Of a DNA stretch of 64,000 nucleotides, positions 39,729-48,380 are shown piece by piece. The translations under genes were made by a program, and so were the position numbers. Each line of letters starts with the position of its first letter. The first letter of the stretch is position 1. The notes beneath the pieces were generated by a model. It saw only the letters and a program-made list of their open reading frames with translations, was not told the DNA's origin and searched no databases. The stretch covers positions 49,468-113,467 of the forward strand of contig MEZH01000001.1 in assembly GCA_001775995.1 (NCBI GenBank), written 5' to 3'. Source of the stretch: Candidatus Bathyarchaeota archaeon RBG_16_48_13 (GTDB lineage: Archaea; Thermoproteota; Bathyarchaeia; RBG-16-48-13).

Positions 39729-40055
39729 CATATTTGCGACTCTGTGATATCACATATTATGTGATACTCGGCCGATTTACAATTATTGTGCCTCTTTTAT
39801 GAAAATCACGATAAAATCGGCGATTTCTCAAACTATGTGATATCACATGCTAATATTGTGCGGTATTAGCAGTGCGAGATCAAATATGGTCGTGAAGTGA
39901 AACATTCCATTCCTGACATGCTCGCGAAGTGTTTCTCAGTCTACTCGTGAAGAACATGAGATCACAACTCAATCACGTGTATATCATACGTGATGTGACT
40001 ATAGAAAAGCAAATAAATCGTAGGACAAGTATATCACGTGATATGTGATATCACA
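39725..40055. promoter_or_regulatory. Array of TGTGATATCACA palindromes and GTGA/TCAC half-sites
   Basis: Perfect TGTGATATCACA at 39743, 39836 and 40044; ATATCACGTGATAT at 40031; 18 GTGA/TCAC tetramers counted in about 330 bp. Confidence 0.78.
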
Positions 40056-40064
40056 CTTCGGGGG

Positions 40065-40664
40065 ATGGAATTGATAATAAAGGATGTCCCAATCGCCGAT
40101 GATCTAAGAAGAATGCGGAAGAATGCGGGCTACACCCAGAAGATACTGGCAGTGAGAGCTGGCGTTAGCCAATCGCTCATCGCAAGAATTGAGAAGGGAG
40201 CTGTTGATCCAAGACTGTCTACGGTCCAGAAAATTATGAGGGCATTGATAGTATTGAGCCAGAAAAAGATTGCGAGTGATATCATGCACAAACCGGTTGT
40301 GACGATAAGCGCAAACGAAAAAATCAGAAAAGCCGTTGAAGTCATGCGAAAGTACAACATCTCTCAGCTACCAGTCACGAATCAAGACGAAATTATTGGC
40401 AGTATCCAGGAGACGACCATAATAGAAGCACTTTTGGTAAGTAAAGATTCCACGAAAGTATTCGATGAAAATGTTGCGAATATAATGGAAACCGGTTTCA
40501 TATCGGTCAACTCCCTTACACCCTTGGAGCATGTACTAGCGTTGTTGTCAAAGGGTCGATCAGCGGTTCTTGTAGAGGATAAGGGAAAGATTGTCGGGAT
40601 AATCACGAAAATAGATGTTGTTGCCAGTTTAACACATGAAGAGATGGGAAATGATAATGATTGA
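40065..40664 (+). CDS. XRE-HTH plus tandem CBS-domain transcriptional regulator
   Basis: LRRMRKNAGYTQKILAVRAGVSQSLIARIEKG HTH followed by CBS pair (ISQLPV, VGIITKIDV); start placed after the GGGG RBS. Confidence 0.88.
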   Translation: MELIIKDVPIADDLRRMRKNAGYTQKILAVRAGVSQSLIARIEKGAVDPRLSTVQKIMRALIVLSQKKIASDIMHKPVVTISANEKIRKAVEVMRKYNISQLPVTNQDEIIGSIQETTIIEALLVSKDSTKVFDENVANIMETGFISVNSLTPLEHVLALLSKGRSAVLVEDKGKIVGIITKIDVVASLTHEEMGNDND

Positions 40665-41382
40665 CTTGTTGCTAGTTTTGGGTTTGGTATCTTTATGTAT
40701 TTTCATAATTCTCCGTTATTACGCGAAACTGAGCGCTGCATCTAGAGCATATGATGAAGCTAGAGGTACCGTTAAGAGCCTGTTATCAGGGATTAAACAG
40801 CGAATGAACGAACAAACTGTGGAAATTCGGACGATAAGAGATGAGGTAGCTTTTTTTCAAGCTAGAAATGATTTTGGGAAAAGTGAAAGGAGAATAGATG
40901 CGGAAAAGTTGGATAATTTAAGTTCAGGTGTCGAAACAGCTTTAATGGCTACACAGAGATTTGGGAATGCTGTGATTTCAATTAAGCAGGATTATGACAA
41001 GGTCACTGAGGCGCAGGAAACACTCGCAAAGAAAGTGGAAGATCTTAGCATAAAACAAAGGGCCTTCGAAGGGCAAGGAGTAGAAACGATTGAAACGCCA
41101 AGAATAGGTCCATTTAGCATTGAGAAGAAGGAGGTTAGGAAGGGCCTAGATAAGCTCAACAGCACTGAGCTCAGAGTGCTTAACATGTTACTGGAAAAGT
41201 CAATGGCAGCACCTGAGATAGGAAGAGCTATACTAAAAACTAGAGAGCATACGGCACGGTTGATGAAAAAGCTTTACGAAGAAGGGTATATCGAGAGAGA
41301 GACAAACAAGATTCCTTATGCCTACAAGATAAACGAAAGTTTAAGGAATTTTCTCGAAGAAATAAAAGGTAGGGCTGTTTAG
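40636..41382 (+). CDS. Membrane-anchored coiled-coil protein with C-terminal winged helix
   Basis: TM LLLVLGLVSLCIFIILRYY, heptad-rich middle, and LNSTELRVLNML...REHTARLMKKLYEEGYIER wHTH. Confidence 0.75.
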   Translation: MKRWEMIMIDLLLVLGLVSLCIFIILRYYAKLSAASRAYDEARGTVKSLLSGIKQRMNEQTVEIRTIRDEVAFFQARNDFGKSERRIDAEKLDNLSSGVETALMATQRFGNAVISIKQDYDKVTEAQETLAKKVEDLSIKQRAFEGQGVETIETPRIGPFSIEKKEVRKGLDKLNSTELRVLNMLLEKSMAAPEIGRAILKTREHTARLMKKLYEEGYIERETNKIPYAYKINESLRNFLEEIKGRAV

Positions 41383-41780
41383 AGAATTGTTTTCTCTTGA
41401 GCGACTAACATTCGCTTCATTCTATAACAACGTTTTGAAGGCCCCACATACGTTATTATATCTCGGCTTATCAATCTAGAAAAATATGTTGATACCGTGC
41501 TCAAGCTAATGGGCTCGTTAAACTCCTTTTCATAATTCTCTTGAACCTTCGAAGAAGTAAAGGGCCCAACAGGGTAGTGGGTTTGAATCAATTTGACAAC
41601 TCGATCGAATTTAGTGGCGAACTGTTTTGTGTTAGAATTGTAAGTATTGGATCCACCTAATAGCTCCACGAAGTCCAGTAATTGCAGGACTTTATCTCTG
41701 TTTATTTCACCGCTATAGGAAATTGAAAAATTGCCCCCGGTATTATCGGAGACTTCTATTTTTACTTTCTTAGAGGGCAT
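41379..41780 (-). CDS. Hypothetical protein with C-terminal winged helix
   Basis: FTSSKVQENYEKEFNEPISLSTVSTYFSRL. Confidence 0.72.
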   Translation of the reverse strand: MPSKKVKIEVSDNTGGNFSISYSGEINRDKVLQLLDFVELLGGSNTYNSNTKQFATKFDRVVKLIQTHYPVGPFTSSKVQENYEKEFNEPISLSTVSTYFSRLISRDIITYVGPSKRCYRMKRMLVAQEKTIL

Positions 41781-41934
41781 TTACATCTGCTCAACAAAGA
41801 AATTTCTCAGTTATCTTGATGTAGTGGAGAAGTTGTGAACTTATATCTTTTGATATAATTTTTTCGTGTTTTTACTTCACATATTCACATGGAGTATAAT
41901 GAATATCCAGACAAAAGAACCAAAGTAGGGCTAC

Positions 41935-42284
41935 TTCCAGTGGAAATAGAGGGGTCTATTAGTTTGGCTGTAAAATGGACCGTGACAGAGGAGGAATGGC
42001 TAAAATAAGAAGGAAAAGAAGAGATTTTCCATCAAATATTCACATGACTTCACACATATTTTGGTTTCAGATGCATGGAAGCCGACGAGGCCCTGGCCCC
42101 CTAGTTTCCTATGCAAGTAATAGTTGCACCCGCAATAACCTGTTAAAAAAATAGATCATTATGTCAAAAGAAGTTTAGAATTAGTGTTAAATATAGTGAA
42201 TCTGAAGACCAATTGGAGACTATTCATCATCTAAATATAAAGAATCCAGAATTAACAAGACTATTCCACAGGAAAAGGTGGGGT
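41935..42284. other. Chromosomal replication origin (oriC) with ORB elements
   Basis: TTCCAGTGGAAATAGAGGGGT (41935-41955, +), TTGCATAGGAAACTAGGGGG (42097-42116, -) and TTCCACAGGAAAAGGTGGGGT (42264-42284, +); upstream of cdc6. Confidence 0.8.
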
Positions 42285-42595
42285 GTGGGTTGGAAGATCC
42301 TATCAATGAAATTGTTTCATTAATACCCCGACCTACACGGCTTGAACTATTCAAATTAGTCTACAAGAACTGTAACTCTAGCCCTAACACGGTTGCAAAA
42401 ATCTTAGGAATGAATCCCCGACAAGTCTACTTCTATTTATCCAGCTCAAACCGAACAATACGAAACTATCCTAATGATCTTACGACATTAGTGGTATTGA
42501 GAGCCGCTCTACATTTGGCTCCTACACAAACGAGAAATCTGCTGAATAGAACTATCTCAAATTTCATTAGCCTTCTTGGAAAGGTCTCTGCTTAA
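42278..42595 (+). CDS. Small putative HTH protein inside the origin region
   Basis: SPNTVAKILGMNPRQVYFYL resembles an HTH. Confidence 0.55.
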   Translation: MGCGLEDPINEIVSLIPRPTRLELFKLVYKNCNSSPNTVAKILGMNPRQVYFYLSSSNRTIRNYPNDLTTLVVLRAALHLAPTQTRNLLNRTISNFISLLGKVSA

Positions 42596-42643
42596 ACTTT
42601 GTGTAGTCCTACGTCAAAATAATATATCCATAAATCTTATTTC

Positions 42644-42656
42644 TGCAGTGGAAAAA
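42644..42656 (+). promoter_or_regulatory. Mini-ORB upstream of cdc6 (possible autoregulatory site)
   Basis: TGCAGTGGAAAAA about 30 bp before the cdc6 ATG. Confidence 0.5.
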
Positions 42657-42682
42657 CCAGTGTTACTACTGGTCGTTCTATC

Positions 42683-43918
42683 ATGTATGAAGATTTGCTG
42701 AACCAGGTCTTCGACCGCTTTCTAACGGGCCCACGACTGTTTAGAGATCGTGAAGTCCTGAGACCTGATTATGTTCCAAAGGAACTGCCACATAGAGAAG
42801 ATCAAATATTACATGTCGGCAGGATATTAGTACCAGTGCTAAAAGGATCAAGATCCTCAAATATCTTTCTTTACGGACAAACTGGCACCGGAAAAACCGC
42901 AGTTATCAAGTTCATTATAGATAGGTTAACAAAAAAGAGCCAAGAAATAGAAGCACCAGTTGTCGCTTGTTACATAAACTGCAGACTTACAGGTACCGAT
43001 TATCGAGTCTTCTCAAAGCTATGTGAGGTAGTCGATATCAATGTCCCCTTCACAGGGTTAGCTACCAATGAAGTGTTCGACAGGTTTAAGGTCGCTCTTG
43101 ATTCCAAGAAAATCCTACTGATTGTAGTGCTAGACGAGATAGACTTCCTGGTTAGAGAACAAGGCGACGACTTACTATACGACTTAACTAGGGGTAATGA
43201 AAGTCTACAATCAAGCAAGGTTTCGGTTGTTGGAATTTCAAACGACTTACAATTCAAAGAGCACTTAGACCCAAGAGTCTTAAGCAGTTTGAGCGAAGAA
43301 GAAGTGGTTTTCAGGCCATACACGGCAATAGAACTTGGCGACATACTCCAAGCTAGAGCGAATCTAGGGTTTGTGAGTGGAACGTTGACGAAAGGTGCAC
43401 TGAATCTTTGTTCTGCGCTGGCTGCGACGGAACATGGAGACGCTCGACGTGCGTTGGACCTACTCAGAGTTGCAGGAGAACTCGCAGAGAGGGAAGGCAA
43501 ATCTAAAGTGATTGAAGAACATGTTAGAAGTGCACAGAATAAAATAGAGGAAGATCGGATAACCAGCACTCTGAAGACATTGCCTCTTCACTCAAAGTTG
43601 GTTCTTTGTAGTTGTTATTTAATCAAACAAGCAGGATATGACGGTGTCATAACTGGGAATGTGTACGAAGTCTACGGTGAACTATGCAGGAAAATTCAAT
43701 TGGAATCCTTAACGCAAAGACGCGTCAGCGGCCTGATAAGTGAGTTAGATATTATGGGACTTTTGAATGCAAGTCTGATAAACATGGGCCGATACGGCCG
43801 TACCAAGAAAATCAAGTTGGGTATTCCGGAGAAAGTCATCCGAGAAATTTTTGTCAAAGACGAATGGCTTAGCACTTTGCTAGATTACAAGCCACGTTGC
43901 TTATGTAGCCTGAAATAG
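42683..43918 (+). CDS. cdc6: Orc1/Cdc6 replication initiator
   Basis: PDYVPKELPHRE, GQTGTGKT, VLDEID, GDARRALDLLR and C-terminal wHTH with GRYGRT. Confidence 0.96.
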   Translation: MYEDLLNQVFDRFLTGPRLFRDREVLRPDYVPKELPHREDQILHVGRILVPVLKGSRSSNIFLYGQTGTGKTAVIKFIIDRLTKKSQEIEAPVVACYINCRLTGTDYRVFSKLCEVVDINVPFTGLATNEVFDRFKVALDSKKILLIVVLDEIDFLVREQGDDLLYDLTRGNESLQSSKVSVVGISNDLQFKEHLDPRVLSSLSEEEVVFRPYTAIELGDILQARANLGFVSGTLTKGALNLCSALAATEHGDARRALDLLRVAGELAEREGKSKVIEEHVRSAQNKIEEDRITSTLKTLPLHSKLVLCSCYLIKQAGYDGVITGNVYEVYGELCRKIQLESLTQRRVSGLISELDIMGLLNASLINMGRYGRTKKIKLGIPEKVIREIFVKDEWLSTLLDYKPRCLCSLK

Positions 43919-43924
43919 AATAAC

Positions 43925-45448
43925 CTATGATTTTGTGAAGTCGATAGAAGTCATCTGAAGTTTCTGAAGATCAAGAATAGGTAGTATGCCTGGAGTTGGA
44001 ACAAGGCCCATTTTCCTTTGGAATTCCGTTTGATTTTGCCATGCGCCGCAGTTTACAATATTGACTCCCCGGTATACCTCACTCTTCATTACATGAATGT
44101 GCCCACACTGAAAAACATCTGGTGGCTCGTCGATTATCAAATGATCTTTCATTTCGGCCGAAATTAGCGTCTTCTTTCCATATACTGGAGCAAGATGCCT
44201 AGCTCTCAATAGGTGTTCCATAGCTTTCTCTGGTGTCTGATAGGTCATGTACGGGACCATGCCTATAACATCCTCCAGACTTCTCCCGTGATACATAAGC
44301 AGATTAACACCATGGATCTTTACTCTCGCCGGGTTTCCCAAGGATATTACCTCCCGTGCCTCCATTATCGGTTCAAAATACTTCTTGGAAAGAGCTGGTT
44401 GGGGCATAGCCTGTCTGACTGCATCATGATTTCCGGGAATAACGATAACTTCTATATAATCTGGGATTCGCTCGATTAATTTGGCAAAACTCTGATATTG
44501 TCCATAAATATCTAGAATGCTAAGTTCAGCTTCCTGATTAGGATACACCCCTATCCCATCTACCAGATCACCTGCAATCGTTATGTATTTCACACGACCA
44601 GCGAGTTCCATCTGTTTAGAATTCCCTAGATCACCGTTTAACCATCTAATGAATCTCTCAAAGGGTTCATCCAAGAAGGTTTTGCTTCCAATATGAATGT
44701 CTGATAAGAGCGCGGCGCATACCGGTACGGTTGCTCCCGTAACTTTTCTCTCAGGAACATCTGGCCACAAAACGTTCTTCCCTATAAATGCGTTATCTTG
44801 ACCCTTGACAACATGGAAACATAACACCTCATCAAGAATGATTTGACGGAATCGTTCGAAGACAGCCTGTTCGATCGTGGGAAGGACTATCATGCTAGCG
44901 ACATTTTCAAGATCCTCGATCTGAATCATGATGCTTCTTTTTCTTTCCTTCTTCTCCGTTACTATGGCAATTATTTTCATTTCACGTTTTGATGATGCAT
45001 GTTGCGCATCAGCTATTGAGACGGCATCATGAACATCTATCCGTTGCTTCAATATTTGCCTCAATCTTCTAAACCTGTCTTGGAAATATTGAAGAAAGTC
45101 CTTAATGTCTCCAGCAGTACCCAACTCCTTAGTGGGATCGCTAACAATTTGGATATCAGCTTCAACATCTTTTGCCAAGGAATAAAAGAGATCTTTTCCG
45201 GTAGAACCTATTGAAGAAATGTGTCTCTTAGACGGAAAATAGCTCGCAATCGTAGATTGCAAATCCTTTCTTGTGATTATCTTCCTACTCTCAACTGACT
45301 GGTTGAGAACCTCTACAGTTCTTTTCAGAACTTCTTCCAAATCTCCATTTGTAGGAAATTCCTGCAAAAAGCTAAAGGCATCCTGCTCCATCTGATATCC
45401 TGAATTCAACGCAAAATGCAGAATTTTCCTTAAATGTTCTTCCGTCAA
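43925..45448 (-). CDS. polB: DNA polymerase D small (proofreading) subunit DP1
   Basis: SDIHIGS, AGDLVDGIGVYPNQ, PGNHD, YHG, GHIH. Confidence 0.95.
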   Translation of the reverse strand: MTEEHLRKILHFALNSGYQMEQDAFSFLQEFPTNGDLEEVLKRTVEVLNQSVESRKIITRKDLQSTIASYFPSKRHISSIGSTGKDLFYSLAKDVEADIQIVSDPTKELGTAGDIKDFLQYFQDRFRRLRQILKQRIDVHDAVSIADAQHASSKREMKIIAIVTEKKERKRSIMIQIEDLENVASMIVLPTIEQAVFERFRQIILDEVLCFHVVKGQDNAFIGKNVLWPDVPERKVTGATVPVCAALLSDIHIGSKTFLDEPFERFIRWLNGDLGNSKQMELAGRVKYITIAGDLVDGIGVYPNQEAELSILDIYGQYQSFAKLIERIPDYIEVIVIPGNHDAVRQAMPQPALSKKYFEPIMEAREVISLGNPARVKIHGVNLLMYHGRSLEDVIGMVPYMTYQTPEKAMEHLLRARHLAPVYGKKTLISAEMKDHLIIDEPPDVFQCGHIHVMKSEVYRGVNIVNCGAWQNQTEFQRKMGLVPTPGILPILDLQKLQMTSIDFTKS

Positions 45449-45583
45449 AAATTTTACCAGCCATAAAATAATTCAGTTGCATCTATTAAATCTGAAGGGA
45501 AGTGTTTGGTCTTATTACGCGGTCAAAGAACCAACTAAATCTTAAAGATTAGTTTCAATTCTTCTTACCTTAGAGGGAAACAA

Positions 45584-46048
45584 ATGGATCTTAGGCGCCT
45601 TCAGGTTACCGGAGGTGGAACCTTCTCGGTATCCTTACCTATCTCTTGGGCCAAAAGAAACCATCTCACTCGCGGTTCTTTCATGGTAGTTACGGAAAGG
45701 AGTGATAGTTCCATAACAATAGATCCAAAATACTCATCTTCGGTCGAGCTAATTTCAGTCGCAGTTCCCTTTTCCGCATCACTTGAAAGGGAAATAATTG
45801 GAAAGTATCTGCTCGGCTATGATATCATCAGTGTAAACTCCAAAGAGAGACTCAGCTCAAATGATATTAGCATCACAGAGAGCGTAGTAAAAAAACATTC
45901 TCTCGTCCACAAATCTCTGTATGATTTTGAAGAAACCACTGTATTGCAGGACATCAAATACTTCCTAACAATTTCCAATATTACCTCAGCGTTGAAGAGA
46001 ATTTGTGACTGCGGTAAAGATGTAGCGGACCTGGTTGTCATACAATAG
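45584..46048 (+). pseudogene. AbrB/PhoU-family regulator with a large in-frame internal deletion
   Basis: RRLQVTGGGTFSVSLP AbrB start and the PhoU C-terminus (ALKRICDCGKDVADL), but only 154 aa. Confidence 0.65.
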
Positions 46049-46067
46049 AATTAACCGCGGGATCTTC

Positions 46068-47432
46068 ATGTACGACAAACTCTTTGGGACCTCTGGGATA
46101 AGGGGAGGTATAGTAGACAAAGTGACCCCGGAGTTGGCGCTTAAACTGGGTCTATCTGCAGCAAAATACCTCAATTTCGATGGAACTATAGCCATAGGCT
46201 TTGACAATAGGACTTCCAACGTTATGCTTGAAAAGGCATTTGTCTCGGGTGTGATTGCAGGAGGCTGTGATGCAGAGCTTCTGGGGATAGTTCCTTTACC
46301 TGTTTTGGCTTACGGAACGAAAATTTTGAAGTCAAAGACAGGGATTATGATAACCGCTTCACATAATCCCTCTTCAGACAATGGCTTCAAATTATTCGAC
46401 TCGCAAGGAAAAGAGTATCTTCCTGCTGAGGAAAATGCCATTGAATGTATAATGAAGGCGCGCATTTCTCAATTCTCTAACAAAACGGGTTTGATTAAAA
46501 GTATCCCGAGCATCTCCCAGCAGTATGTTGAAGCCGTTCTAAGGAAGACATCGCGAATAGCTAGACAGATTAAGGTCATCCTGGACTGCGCGAATGGCAC
46601 CGCATCGAATGTTGTACCTTTTATTCTGTCTACAGCTGGATGTAGGACTATTGCGCTCAATGATAATGTCGATGGCACATTTCCCGGAAGACCTTCCGAA
46701 CCTAGTCCACAAAATCTATCACATATCATGGAGGTCGTCAAGAGTTCAAGCGCAGATATTGGGTTGGCCTATGACAGCGATGCTGATCGAGTGGCTGTGA
46801 TTGACGAAAAGGGAAGCTTTGTGGCTAATGACCGGATCATTGCTCTCATTGCAAAACAAAAGCTGGAAGAAGACGGTCCTGGAACTATAGTGACTTCTTT
46901 GGACACCTCGAATTGCATCGATGATGTCATTATCCCTTTGAAGGGGAAAATAATGCGAGTGAGATTGGGGAAAACCCATACACATCTTGACGACAGTAAC
47001 GTAATATTAGCAGCGGAACCATGGAAAATAATTGATCCATCTTGGGGCATGTGGGCCGATGGGATCTTTACTTCAATAAGAATTGTTGAAATGCTCAACG
47101 ACAATGGAGCTAGCGTCAGCGATCTGCTAAAGTATGTTCCCAGCTACCCGCAAACACACCTTAATTTTCCATGTCCCGAACTGTTTAAACGAAAGGCTAT
47201 AGGAATGATAATGACTCGATTATCGCATGAGCGAGATGTCCGTGACATGTGGAAGATTGATGGGGTTCGCGTCAACTATAATGATGGTTCATGGATGCTA
47301 TTCAGGGTCTCGGGGACTGAACCGAAGATCCGATTGTATTGTGAAGCAAAAGAGATCTATAAAATGAATGAATTAGTCAAGAAAGGTAAACATCTGATAA
47401 CGGATTCTATTAATCATGTAATGAAGGCGTGA
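46068..47432 (+). CDS. Phosphohexomutase (PGM/PMM/GlmM family)
   Basis: LFGTSGIRG, TASHNP, DSDADR and FRVSGTEPKIR. Confidence 0.9.
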   Translation: MYDKLFGTSGIRGGIVDKVTPELALKLGLSAAKYLNFDGTIAIGFDNRTSNVMLEKAFVSGVIAGGCDAELLGIVPLPVLAYGTKILKSKTGIMITASHNPSSDNGFKLFDSQGKEYLPAEENAIECIMKARISQFSNKTGLIKSIPSISQQYVEAVLRKTSRIARQIKVILDCANGTASNVVPFILSTAGCRTIALNDNVDGTFPGRPSEPSPQNLSHIMEVVKSSSADIGLAYDSDADRVAVIDEKGSFVANDRIIALIAKQKLEEDGPGTIVTSLDTSNCIDDVIIPLKGKIMRVRLGKTHTHLDDSNVILAAEPWKIIDPSWGMWADGIFTSIRIVEMLNDNGASVSDLLKYVPSYPQTHLNFPCPELFKRKAIGMIMTRLSHERDVRDMWKIDGVRVNYNDGSWMLFRVSGTEPKIRLYCEAKEIYKMNELVKKGKHLITDSINHVMKA

Positions 47433-47435
47433 AGG

Positions 47436-47546
47436 CGCCCGGGGTGGGATTTGAACCCACGCGACCCGTGTGGGTCAATGGCTTTCATGACCCCCTTCTT
47501 GGGGAGAGATCTCGAGGCCATCGCTATTCCGCTAAGCGACCCGGGC
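47436..47546 (-). tRNA. tRNA-Ser(CGA) with a 37/38 intron
   Basis: GCCCGGG acceptor; ATGGC CT-CGA-G[intron]A GCCAT; long variable arm. Confidence 0.9.
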
Positions 47547-47708
47547 AATCATCACTGTATTAGCCAAACCGATGCCAGATTGAAATTCATACGTCATTAT
47601 TAATACACCTTCAGTATCATCTTCATTCATATCTTTTTCACTGTAGAATTTACAGACCAACACATGGATAAATTGAAACTATAAGAAGATGAAAGCAGAT
47701 ATTCTATT

Positions 47709-48296
47709 TTGGTTTGTGAGACCAAATTGAACAAAATACTTGAAGAAGAGCAAATAAAGAAAATGGCTGAGCTCAAGACCTACATAGAAAATCGCATTAA
47801 AGAATTGGAAACGGAATTGACCAATAGCAGACATATTTTGGAGATCATAGATGAGGAGCTTGCGGAGAAGAGTTTCAAACGCCTTGAGATGCCAAAACCT
47901 ACCCTGGCAATCAAAGTGAAGGAACCCAAGACGATGATAATGTTGAAAGCCTCTTCCGGGACTCCACTCGTTAACATGGCAACCGACAAGAGTAGCATAT
48001 CAATTACGCCTGCAGAAGGTATGATTTTTGACATAAATACACCTCCGTTCCAAGCCTTTTTAATCAAAAAGATATTAGATCCTATGCAGACACTCGACAG
48101 AGAAGCGGTTAGTTCTGGTGAAATAGAGTCTGAAGAAGCCTTTTCTTACAATCTAATCCTAAGAGACAATGATTTGAAAGAGTTGATTGTAAAGAATTAC
48201 GGAGACGAAAAGAGGCTTAAAGAGTTGCAGACCTCTATCCGTTGGACTTTTGAAAAAATGCACGAAAAGATAGGGAGACCTGAGTTCACAAGGTAA
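47709..48296 (+). CDS. Hypothetical protein (N-terminal coiled coil)
   Basis: 195-aa ORF with gene-like composition; family not recognised. Confidence 0.68.
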   Translation: MVCETKLNKILEEEQIKKMAELKTYIENRIKELETELTNSRHILEIIDEELAEKSFKRLEMPKPTLAIKVKEPKTMIMLKASSGTPLVNMATDKSSISITPAEGMIFDINTPPFQAFLIKKILDPMQTLDREAVSSGEIESEEAFSYNLILRDNDLKELIVKNYGDEKRLKELQTSIRWTFEKMHEKIGRPEFTR

Positions 48297-48380
48297 TGAT
48301 TAATTATAATCCCAGTTCTCCCTTCGGTCCAACCTTACCCGAGTATTGTTTTAAGTTCCAAAAAGGGGATGAAAATTGAT

